From assembly GCA_947039785.1 (NCBI GenBank), contig CAMQZX010000001.1, positions 1-58,193 on the forward strand: a DNA stretch of 58,193 nt, written 5' to 3'. The stretch comes from an uncultured Lachnospiraceae bacterium (GTDB lineage: Bacteria > Bacillota > Clostridia > Lachnospirales > Lachnospiraceae). The translations under genes and the position numbers were made by a program. Positions 1 through 8,461 of the stretch are shown in pieces (position 1 is the first letter of the stretch; the number at the start of each line of letters is the position of its first letter). Below the pieces are notes generated by a model that saw only the letters and a program-made list of their open reading frames with translations, searched no databases and was not told the DNA's origin.

Positions 1-3000
1 TCATCTTTTATCTCCAGCTCGTTATTGATTTCCTGCTGGCGGATTAGTTTTTGTTTCAACTCCGATTCATAGGGGAATTCTTTATTAAACTCCCTTTTAG
101 ATTCCTCCATATTTCTTTTGTACTCTTCCAGTTTTTCTTTATGTGCGGCAACTCTCTTTTCCAAACTCCCCAACAGGTTCTCCATACGGACCATATTTCC
201 GGAAGCACTGCTGCTCATATCTGCCGAATAAGTCAGTTCCCCACTCAGCTTTATGATACAGTCAGAATACTTTTTTTCTACCACTACATCAAACCCCTTA
301 TAGCTGCCCACCGTCCTGCTTTCCATACTTTCAAGGGAATGTGCCATCTCTAAGATAACGCTGCCCGCCGCCTCACGTTCATCATATCTAAGGCCGTTCA
401 GAGTAACGAAAAAGTCCGGCTCCATACAGAGTGCCTGGTCACGTTTCCTGATATCTTTTTCCATAGCATACAATCGGTTCTCAGTCTTCTTAATCAATTC
501 TGGATATTTGAAAAGGAAATTATCCTGATGGACATAGCGCTGGCTCTCATAGCTTGCCTTCAAGACCTGCAGACGCGAAACTTCCGTGTCTACCTCGGTT
601 TTTTCCATAATCATAGGATTCCCAGACGCAATTGCCTTGATTTCCGCAAAGGATAAAATGGTTTCGTCTACGTCCTGACATTCCCTTTCAACCGTTTTGT
701 CTGTCATTATCTGGCTGATAAACCTCTGCTTATTTTCTACAATCCCCCAGAGGTAACTGTCAAATGTCTTTTTCGTGATATAGCGGTATATATTGACTTC
801 TTCATTATCATTTCCCTGGCGTATGATACGCCCTTCCCTCTGCTCAATATCCGAAGGTTTCCACGGGCAATCAATGTGATGAGCCGCGACAAGGCGTTTT
901 TGGATATTGGTTCCTGTTCCCATCATGGACGTGCTTCCCAGGAGGATTCGTTTCCTGCCGCTCCTCATGTCTGCAAATAATTCCTCTTTCTGCTTATCAC
1001 TATGGGCATCATGAATAAATGCAATTTCATCTTCTGGTATTCCTTTCCTGATCAACTCCTGTTTCAGAAAGTCATATACATTAAATTTCTTGTTTCCTGT
1101 GGGCGTGCCAATATCGCAAAAGACAGCTTGTGTCCCCTTAAACTCCTGGGAACCAATGTATTCCTGATAAATATTCTCTGCCGCCTGAAAGAGTTTGCCG
1201 TCACCATCTACTTCCGCATCTGGGTCAATCAGCCGGGGATCGGTGCCGAGCAACCTTGCTTCGTTGGTGATCTTGAGCATGTTATCGACCGTTGGATCTA
1301 CATTCCCTGCTCGTATTGCTTCCGCGCGTTTAGCCAGTTCCTGCATCATGTACTCAACACTCTCAGACGCCACGCTCTCCACAATTTTGTATTTCCCACC
1401 TTTTAACTTAGGTACATTCAGGTTCAGCATTGAAGGCAATTGGATATCAGCCACCTCCCGGAACATATTCATAAGCTCCGGCAGATTACAGAATTTATTG
1501 AACCGGCTCCGCATTCGGTATCCGCCCTCTGGTGACATTTCAAGCGAAGTGGTAACTTCGCCAAAATTGGCCGCCCAACTGTCAAAATGGTCAATCCCCT
1601 TCTCATGTAGTTTCTGTGACTGCAGATACAACTGCATGACATACATTTCACACATGGTATTGGAGATAGGCGTCCCGGTTGCAAGGATAACATTTCTTCC
1701 TCCGGTCAGTTCCTGGATATACTGGATCTTTTGGAACATATCCATAGCCCGCTGGGAACCATTGGTGGAAATACCTGCCACATTACGGATTTTTGAAAAG
1801 ATAGACAGGTTTTTAAACACATGCGCTTCATCTACAAACAATGCATCTATCCCTAACTGTTCAAAATCCAGAACATCATCCTTTTTTGCATCATTTCTCA
1901 GACTTAAAATTTGGGATTCCAGATTTTTCCGTTGACGCTCCATATCTTTTATCCCCCATTTAGCCCCCTGCTCCTCCTTCATCTCCGCAATGGCCCCCGA
2001 AATTCGTTCCACCTGATTTTCAAGAATTTCCGCACGCCTTTCCGCAGACAGGGGAATTCTCTCAAATTGAGAGTGTCCCAAAATCACGGCATCATAATTA
2101 TTTGCAGCAATCCTACACGTCAGCTTTCTTCTATTTTCACTTTTAAAATCTTCTTTCGATGTCACAAGTAGATTGGCACTGGGATATAAGTGCAGGAATT
2201 CTGCCGCCATCTGCCCCACAAGATGATTCGGTACGACAATCATTGCTTTATGCATCAGCTTCAGCCGTTTCAACTCCATACAGATAGCCGCAATTTCATA
2301 GGTTTTTCCAGCCCCAACCGCATGGGCCAGCAAAGTGCTTCCATGCAGTGCCCGGTCTACAACATTCCGTTGATGGTCCCGCATATTTATTTCCGGATTC
2401 ATACCGGGGAACGATAAATAAGAACCGTCATAAACCCGCAGACGGTTATCATTGAAGTTCTGATTGTAAAAATCCACATATTTTTTTCTACGCTGCGGAT
2501 CTTTCCATATCCACTCCTTAAAAGCATCTTTTATGAGGGTTGCCTTTTCCCTTGCCAGAGTTGTTTCTTTCTGATTTACTACATACCGTTCACTGTCCCC
2601 AACTTCAATCTTATCTTTGACGGTAATTACATTCTGGTTCAGTAACGCCTCTATGATGGAATATGCATCAATCCTTTTTGTTCCATATGTCTGGCTTGCC
2701 GCCACAGACGAATAATCACTGGACTTATTCGTAACCTTATATGACATGGTATATCGGTTTAATTGTACCTTGATTGCATAAGTCCCGTCCCTGTACAACA
2801 CCGGCGTATTCAGTGTTTCATAGATAAATGCTTCGTAATCCTCCAGGTCAATCCAGGAAGTTCCCAGCTTCACAGTGATTTCCGTTGCTGTCAGATCCTC
2901 TGGCTGTACCGCTTTCAAAGCTTCTACGTTTACCATATAGATAGGATTATCTTTTGCATACACTTCTGCGGTCTTTAGTTTATTCCGGACTGGACCACTC

Positions 3001-6000
3001 AGATACTCACTTGCAGTCTCCCACCCCTGATTAGGGTTTCCATCAGCCGCTTTGACTGGGTTCAAAAATATCTGCCCTTTTAATTCCTGCAGGAGCCGTT
3101 CCCGTTCTACCGGATAGACACTCAGCATATAGGGGATATGTACCTGCCCATATTCCGCCAGGCTGACTTGCAGCGCGTCCATGGCTGTATCCACCTTCTC
3201 AACTATGGAAACTGGCGCAATAGTCTGTTTATAAAAGATATCCGCCTTCTTTATATTCTTGTTTTCATCTTCCGTTTCCAGGCTGCATAACAGATAGTAG
3301 TCATTGTCCTCCCGGAATGCTAATTTGTTGGCACGGCTGGACAGATATCCATACTTCTTTACATAAGGATCATAAATCTTATTCAGCTTTTCCTGTGCCT
3401 CAACAAGTTGGTCTGTACTGCACCCATGTGTCTGAATATCAATCAGGTATCTGACCGACTGCCGGATAGCATGCATTCCAAGGATACGATTCCGTTGCGT
3501 CTCGTTTCCCGACCATCTCACCATGATATCATTATCCCGGTAATAGATTTCTCCCTCTATGACTGTATATGTGTTATTTGCTACATCTAAGAGGGCAGGT
3601 ATGGTATTGGGGAGTTCTTCCTTGCTGTTTACATCAGGGAACAGCGTTTTTTCCTCTGCCGGAAGATAATCGGCTGATAGAAAAGAAATTGCATGATTCA
3701 ATTCTTCTTCAAAATCAAAATTCCCCTCATCTTCTACGATCAGTTCTGTATAATTAGAGTTTTGACCATAGGTATGCCTGTCAAAAGCCATCTTTCCCAG
3801 CATCATTTCCGGATGGTTCATATAATACTCATTGACCGGCACCCCATCATCGGTATAGGCGATGTTCATCCATTCCTCTGATTTATTTGTGGACAGTACA
3901 CTTCCCTTCTTTTGAAGGAAGATAATGTCAGATGTCACTTCTGCTCCCGCGTCCTTTTTGAAGGCAATCCCTGGCAGACGTACCGCGCCGATAAAGTCTG
4001 CACGCTCCGCCAAGTATTTTCGTATTGTGGAATTTACTTTGTCCATAGTGAACTTTGCCGTGACAACCGCAATGATTCCGCCAGGGCGAAGCAGGTCTAA
4101 GGATTTTGCTAAAAAATAGTCGTGAATGCGGAAACCATATTTTTTATATTCGGGATCAAAAATTTTGTACGCGCCGAAAGGAACATTTCCCACAATAACA
4201 TCAAAGCTGTCCTTTTCAAACTTCGTCTTTTCAAATCCCTTGACTTCAATTGCGGCATGAGGGTGAAGCTGTTTTGCGATCCTTCCGCTGATGCTGTCCA
4301 GTTCAACGCCATAAAGACGAGAATCCCGCATATTTTCCGGCAGGACACTATAAAAGTTCCCGACGCCCATACTGGGTTCCAAGATGGAACCATTTGTGAA
4401 CCCAAACTGTTCCAATGCTTTATAGATTGACTTAGCGACAACGGGCGGCGTGTAAAATGCGGAATTAATACTTCCCCTGGCCTGCTCATATTCTTCCTCT
4501 GTCAACAGCGTCTGCAGTTCCTGATACTCGTTTGTCCAGTTTGAACTTTTAGGATTGAATACATTAGCAAGACCTCCCCAGCCTATGTATTTGGCCAGGA
4601 TATCCTGCTCCTCTGGTGTAGCCGGACGGGAGGACTGTTCCAGTTCCTTTAACAAACGGATTGCCGCGACATTACTCTTATACTTTGTCTTGTCACCGGA
4701 AGGAATTTCCCATCCTTCAGGGTAAAAAAAATCCGAAACCTGAATGACGTTTTGGTTTCGGTTACTCATTTCCTTATATAATAGGAAGGTTTCCTCCGGG
4801 CATAAGGCAAATTCTTCTTTGCGTGCCGCTTCATATTCCCCTGGCGGCAGATACTCTCCCACATCAATGGCAGCCTGGATTGCATGCGATACTTCCTGCA
4901 TGGTAAAAGCCCCATGCCCTTCATTTTCTCCATTCACAAGGCGGAATTCAACGGCTCCACTTTCGCCATATGTGTAATGAATCAATCCCCAGCTTGTATT
5001 CAGCGCAGATTTTCCATAGTCCCGTTTCGACTGAACTTTCAAAATTTTTGAAAGAAATTCCTGCTTTTCTTTTTCCCCTGCCTGTTCAAAGAACCTTTGA
5101 ATCAATGGTTTGGAGGGAATCAATGCCATGGAATGAAGGGCATATGCATTTGCAGCCTCTTCAAATACTGCCTTTAACCGTTCACTTCTTCCATCAGCCT
5201 GGGTCTCCTGTATTTCTTCTCCTGTATCCTCTGTTCTTTTGTCATCTTTCTCAATTACGGTATCCGCACTTAAATATGGTATTGTTACTGCCGGTGTCTC
5301 GCCGGCCTGTTCTAATAACCCCTGGTATTGGGACGCCAGATTTTGAAACCAGGGAATTCTTTTAATTTCCTCTACAGAGAAATCCTGGCTGGATTCAGGA
5401 TATTGATCTAATTCGATTATCCGGGCCAGAATGTCCCGGATCACACGCCACGGATAGGTCTGCACCTCATTACCGTCAAAAGAACAAGTAACCTCTCCAG
5501 CATGGAAGGTCAGTGTTGAGGTAAATATCCAATCCACATCTGAACCAAGCAGGGAAAGGAAACTCTGCCGTATAAATTCGGTTTCCTGCTGGGGCAGTAA
5601 GTTTATGGTCATTACATCATAAATCATGTCAAATACTATCCTGCCATCTGCCGTTGCCAGAAAGTTTTCTACTGTTTCGGCCAATGATTCCGGTATTTCC
5701 GCGTCCTTTTTTATTGGCTGATAGTATTCCCCGCTTTCGATTAATAACAGGATTTCTTCTGCCGCTGTCTTAAATGTAAGATACCCGCTTAGATACTGTC
5801 CCTGCTCATGCCAGTATAACTGGATTCCCGTATCGTCTGTTTCATATTCAAATTCAAGCCCTTCACCAGTAATAATGGTGTCTCCACCTTCGTAAATCTG
5901 ATAAAGAAATTCGATACGCTCCCCTATCCCTTCATTTAACTCAAAGAAATCATAGATTTTTTTCTTTAGGATAGGTTCCAGCGCGCCTGCTAAAACCACT

Positions 6001-7205
6001 TCTCTGCATAATTCATCTGTCACTTCTACAGGCACTGGTTCAACAGAAAAAGAAGGAACCGCAACAGCAGTTCCTTCCTCTATATCAGTTTCTATTACCT
6101 CGGCTTGCAGATTACTTCCTGCATCACGGTTTCTTGGGCTATCATCGCTGCTTCGTTCCGAAGTCTGGTCATCTCCATCGTATCCGCTGGATTGATGTTC
6201 CTCTCCGCCGCTTTCATCCTCACGTAGTCCTCCACGATCTGGTCGTGCAGCTCCCATGCTTCCGCCTCTATCTGTTTCAGCAGCTCCGGCAGTTTGCCCG
6301 TCCGCAGCAACAGGCTGTACCGGCTTTCGTCCTTCTCCAGCAGGTATTCCTGTGCCAGCTTCGCGTATCTGCCCAGCATCTCCAGCCCTTCCGCCTGTTG
6401 GCTCCCTGTCTCCAGCATCGGGTACAGCAGCCCGTCCTTTTCTTTCCTGTAATTCAGTTCTACCATCTTGATTTCTCCTTTCATCTTCCCGGATCTCTTT
6501 CGCAATCTCTGCAAATCTCCGCAACGTCCTCTCTGCAATATCCGATATGAGGATACCTATTTTGGATAGTATCACCTCTTCCTGGTAGTTTGTTATTGCA
6601 GACAGTCCTATGTCAAAAGTATCAATCCCGCATCGCCTTAATACCAAGTATGCGGTGCTCTGCAGGATGAATTCTTCAACTGGTGACATTTGATTATCGT
6701 CCAATTCATCCTTGCTGGTAAGAACTGCTATTTCATGAATCCTGTCGTTTTCCTCTTCCATTATAGCACGTACATATGTTCTCGTAAAGTTTTTTATTGC
6801 TATCCTGAAATTATTTTCTTCCTGATATTGTTCTGGAAATAGCCTCTTTGCAAAAGCAGAAGCATTTTCTTCATTGATTTCCCATATCCAAGGCATAACC
6901 CTTCCGCCGGTGCTTTTGATATCATAGACATACTGCGCACCTCCCAGCATCTCAATGGGAAATGTTGCGATTCCAATCTCACCGCCCCTGACATAACGCT
7001 TTGCTTTCTTCCAGTCTGAAAATCCCAGGAGGATTTCTGCCTCCGGGTATTGTTCGTAAATGATACATGTATTCAAAAAGTCAAAACGATATAAATTCCC
7101 CCTGGCAGAAAACTCCAGATATTTTCTCCACTGTTCGCCGTCACGCGAGATATCAAAAATTGCAATATCATACAAATCTGATACCTTCATGGTGTGCTGA
7201 TCCAT
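1..7205 (-). CDS. Giant polyvalent conjugative-element protein: ArdC-N-like domain, long low-complexity linker, N6-adenine DNA methyltransferase, SNF2/DEAD-type helicase. The C-terminus runs off the window edge.
   Basis: Absent from the ORF track because no stop lies inside the window. Hand translation of the minus strand from ATG 7205-7203 stays open to position 1. That ATG sits 4 nt after the TGA of the upstream gene, and the SD GAAGGTGA overlaps the upstream gene's stop. Motifs read directly: FSARGNLYRFDFLNTCIIYEQYPEAEILLGFSDWKKAKRYVRGGEIGI (ArdC-N-like); MTase motif I ILEPSMGVGNF (~4355-4385); MTase motif IV GNVPFG (4173-4190); helicase motif I AHAVGAGKT (~2301-2327); DEAH (1821-1832); motif VI QREGRIIRQGN (~811-846). 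Confidence 0.85.
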   Translation of the reverse strand, partial: MDQHTMKVSDLYDIAIFDISRDGEQWRKYLEFSARGNLYRFDFLNTCIIYEQYPEAEILLGFSDWKKAKRYVRGGEIGIATFPIEMLGGAQYVYDIKSTGGRVMPWIWEINEENASAFAKRLFPEQYQEENNFRIAIKNFTRTYVRAIMEEENDRIHEIAVLTSKDELDDNQMSPVEEFILQSTAYLVLRRCGIDTFDIGLSAITNYQEEVILSKIGILISDIAERTLRRFAEIAKEIREDERRNQDGRTELQERKGRAAVPDAGDREPTGGRAGDAGQIREAGTGIPAGEGRKPVQPVAADGQTAGAAETDRGGSMGAARPDRGGLREDESGGEEHQSSGYDGDDQTSERSSDDSPRNRDAGSNLQAEVIETDIEEGTAVAVPSFSVEPVPVEVTDELCREVVLAGALEPILKKKIYDFFELNEGIGERIEFLYQIYEGGDTIITGEGLEFEYETDDTGIQLYWHEQGQYLSGYLTFKTAAEEILLLIESGEYYQPIKKDAEIPESLAETVENFLATADGRIVFDMIYDVMTINLLPQQETEFIRQSFLSLLGSDVDWIFTSTLTFHAGEVTCSFDGNEVQTYPWRVIRDILARIIELDQYPESSQDFSVEEIKRIPWFQNLASQYQGLLEQAGETPAVTIPYLSADTVIEKDDKRTEDTGEEIQETQADGRSERLKAVFEEAANAYALHSMALIPSKPLIQRFFEQAGEKEKQEFLSKILKVQSKRDYGKSALNTSWGLIHYTYGESGAVEFRLVNGENEGHGAFTMQEVSHAIQAAIDVGEYLPPGEYEAARKEEFALCPEETFLLYKEMSNRNQNVIQVSDFFYPEGWEIPSGDKTKYKSNVAAIRLLKELEQSSRPATPEEQDILAKYIGWGGLANVFNPKSSNWTNEYQELQTLLTEEEYEQARGSINSAFYTPPVVAKSIYKALEQFGFTNGSILEPSMGVGNFYSVLPENMRDSRLYGVELDSISGRIAKQLHPHAAIEVKGFEKTKFEKDSFDVIVGNVPFGAYKIFDPEYKKYGFRIHDYFLAKSLDLLRPGGIIAVVTAKFTMDKVNSTIRKYLAERADFIGAVRLPGIAFKKDAGAEVTSDIIFLQKKGSVLSTNKSEEWMNIAYTDDGVPVNEYYMNHPEMMLGKMAFDRHTYGQNSNYTELIVEDEGNFDFEEELNHAISFLSADYLPAEEKTLFPDVNSKEELPNTIPALLDVANNTYTVIEGEIYYRDNDIMVRWSGNETQRNRILGMHAIRQSVRYLIDIQTHGCSTDQLVEAQEKLNKIYDPYVKKYGYLSSRANKLAFREDNDYYLLCSLETEDENKNIKKADIFYKQTIAPVSIVEKVDTAMDALQVSLAEYGQVHIPYMLSVYPVERERLLQELKGQIFLNPVKAADGNPNQGWETASEYLSGPVRNKLKTAEVYAKDNPIYMVNVEALKAVQPEDLTATEITVKLGTSWIDLEDYEAFIYETLNTPVLYRDGTYAIKVQLNRYTMSYKVTNKSSDYSSVAASQTYGTKRIDAYSIIEALLNQNVITVKDKIEVGDSERYVVNQKETTLAREKATLIKDAFKEWIWKDPQRRKKYVDFYNQNFNDNRLRVYDGSYLSFPGMNPEINMRDHQRNVVDRALHGSTLLAHAVGAGKTYEIAAICMELKRLKLMHKAMIVVPNHLVGQMAAEFLHLYPSANLLVTSKEDFKSENRRKLTCRIAANNYDAVILGHSQFERIPLSAERRAEILENQVERISGAIAEMKEEQGAKWGIKDMERQRKNLESQILSLRNDAKKDDVLDFEQLGIDALFVDEAHVFKNLSIFSKIRNVAGISTNGSQRAMDMFQKIQYIQELTGGRNVILATGTPISNTMCEMYVMQLYLQSQKLHEKGIDHFDSWAANFGEVTTSLEMSPEGGYRMRSRFNKFCNLPELMNMFREVADIQLPSMLNLNVPKLKGGKYKIVESVASESVEYMMQELAKRAEAIRAGNVDPTVDNMLKITNEARLLGTDPRLIDPDAEVDGDGKLFQAAENIYQEYIGSQEFKGTQAVFCDIGTPTGNKKFNVYDFLKQELIRKGIPEDEIAFIHDAHSDKQKEELFADMRSGRKRILLGSTSMMGTGTNIQKRLVAAHHIDCPWKPSDIEQREGRIIRQGNDNEEVNIYRYITKKTFDSYLWGIVENKQRFISQIMTDKTVERECQDVDETILSFAEIKAIASGNPMIMEKTEVDTEVSRLQVLKASYESQRYVHQDNFLFKYPELIKKTENRLYAMEKDIRKRDQALCMEPDFFVTLNGLRYDEREAAGSVILEMAHSLESMESRTVGSYKGFDVVVEKKYSDCIIKLSGELTYSADMSSSASGNMVRMENLLGSLEKRVAAHKEKLEEYKRNMEESKREFNKEFPYESELKQKLIRQQEINNELEIKD
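6095..6466 (-). CDS. tnpV: TnpV-like small protein (123 aa), nested out of frame inside the giant ORF
   Basis: The ORF track lists 6095..6538. An internal ATG at 6466 is preceded by AAAGGAG with an 8-nt spacer. The product (MVELNYRKEKDGLLYPMLE..LGRYAKLAQEYLLEKDESRYSLLLRTGKLPELLKQIEAEAWEL..NPADTMEMTRLRNEAAMIAQETVMQEVI) follows the motif order I remember for the transposon TnpV family. Family assignment is from memory, not from a search. Confidence 0.55.
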   Translation of the reverse strand: MVELNYRKEKDGLLYPMLETGSQQAEGLEMLGRYAKLAQEYLLEKDESRYSLLLRTGKLPELLKQIEAEAWELHDQIVEDYVRMKAAERNINPADTMEMTRLRNEAAMIAQETVMQEVICKPR

Positions 7206-7209
7206 AGGT

Positions 7210-7743
7210 TCACCTTCTTTCCCGGTCTGCCATAGTAAATAAACTCATCTGTTCCATTTTGGGTTCTATTTTCTCTGGGCTGCTTTCAATAATCTGTCTG
7301 TATTTTTTAAAATCAGGTATCTCACGGTGCCTTCTCATTATGACAAAATCCTGGTTCCTGATTGCATCCTCCAATTCCCTTACATTTCTTAATGCATTTC
7401 TGATTTCAAGCCCATTATCCATTTTAGGACTTAGTTCCAGTCCGCATAAATACTGATAGTCCTCATCGTCCCTACACTGACGGAAGATACCAACGGCTGT
7501 CCAATAAATCTTTTCCGCCTGTACCATAAAATGTTCCGGCAGCTTCTCCGGTGTCTTTCGGTGGTAAATTTCTGGAAAATCCCCTGCCTCCTTCATATCA
7601 TACTTCGCGCTAATGATATGGTTTCTTAACAGGTTCATATTTTGCCCGTCAGTATAATAAGGATCACTGCCTCCACTTAATAGTTCCTTGTCCCAGCGGC
7701 AAAAAGAGTCTTCCAGTCTTTCTTTTAATGTTTCCCTACTCAT
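7210..7743 (-). CDS. Hypothetical protein (177 aa)
   Basis: ORF track. Its start overlaps the stop of the upstream gene by 4 nt, and its stop lies 4 nt before the giant ORF start. No motif recognised. Confidence 0.6.
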   Translation of the reverse strand: MSRETLKERLEDSFCRWDKELLSGGSDPYYTDGQNMNLLRNHIISAKYDMKEAGDFPEIYHRKTPEKLPEHFMVQAEKIYWTAVGIFRQCRDDEDYQYLCGLELSPKMDNGLEIRNALRNVRELEDAIRNQDFVIMRRHREIPDFKKYRQIIESSPEKIEPKMEQMSLFTMADRERR

Positions 7744-8297
7744 CTCCCACCCATATTCCGCGGCTTTTCCCGATGGATACCCACCATTGACAAGGTTACA
7801 CCCCGCAGGTCGCTGTAATCCAATACATAACCACTTTTTGCGTCCGAATAATTGTCATGTGCCTCTGATAAGGATGATTCCATGCTCTGTGCCCTGACCG
7901 TCACTATTTTACTTAATGTTTCGGTTATGCGGATATCATAATCCTGTTCTTTGGTATCGCTTATATAAACAACTTGCTTCTCCCCACATTCTTCTATCCC
8001 AAAACGCCCATTCAATTCTTCCAGTAATGTATCTGCAGGCTTCCCTAGCATATCTCTGGATTTTATTTCTGGTATATAGAATTTACCATCATCACACTGG
8101 AAAAATGGGATTTTCTCTCCATCCTTTTCTACTCCCAAGACTAGCTGCCTGTTTATCATACCTTCCTGCAGACCGTCCAGAAACGCCTCCCGTGCCTCCC
8201 ACAGCCCCATCCAGGCTTTATACAGTATTACATGGTATTCCCCTTTCATCCTGACCTTTTCAAGATAATAAAAATTGTCCTCCATATAGTCAGACAT
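7740..8297 (-). CDS. Hypothetical protein (185 aa from the preferred start)
   Basis: The ORF track lists 7740..8408. I prefer ATG 8297 (MSDYMEDNFYYLEK) because AAGGAG (8305-8310) lies 7 nt upstream. The longer version would also run through the terminator hairpin at 8313-8337. Confidence 0.55.
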   Translation of the reverse strand: MSDYMEDNFYYLEKVRMKGEYHVILYKAWMGLWEAREAFLDGLQEGMINRQLVLGVEKDGEKIPFFQCDDGKFYIPEIKSRDMLGKPADTLLEELNGRFGIEECGEKQVVYISDTKEQDYDIRITETLSKIVTVRAQSMESSLSEAHDNYSDAKSGYVLDYSDLRGVTLSMVGIHREKPRNMGGR

Positions 8298-8312
8298 TGG
8301 CATTCTCCTTTC

Positions 8313-8337
8313 AAAAAGGCAGTCTTGCCGACTGCCC
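8313..8337 (-). terminator. Rho-independent terminator after the wall-hydrolase gene
   Basis: Sense-strand GGCAGTC-ggcaa-GACTGCC stem (7 bp) followed by TTTTT. Confidence 0.6.
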
Positions 8338-8461
8338 TCAATTTTTTCTTCATTTCTTATTGATTTCTTCTTTTCATTTACAGCATGTTTATCCCTCCTC
8401 AGTTTCATTACCTTTAAATTACATTACGGTTAGAACTTCAAAGCAAATTTGTATGCTGATG

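Noticed and set aside
1195-1935. A 246-aa plus-strand ORF, together with other long plus-strand ORFs: 25085-25687 (200 aa), 47918-48499 (193 aa), 54619-55371 (250 aa), 56540-57091 (183 aa).
   Set aside because: All lie antisense to minus-strand genes that carry clear motifs (helicase, PcfB, CpaF and others). Their translations are S/F/L/C-rich nonsense without SDs. They are shadow ORFs.
4109-4489. A 126-aa minus-strand ORF in an alternative frame inside the methyltransferase domain, and similar cases at 1469-1693 and 6800-6994.
   Set aside because: Unlike the TnpV case, these have no SD, no family resemblance and no compositional shift. They are chance alternative-frame ORFs.
6134-6550. Plus-strand ORFs of 138 aa and 71 aa opposite the TnpV-like region.
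   Set aside because: They are open only because this interval is G+C rich. The translations are P/A/R-rich with no start context. They are taken as by-products of the composition island.
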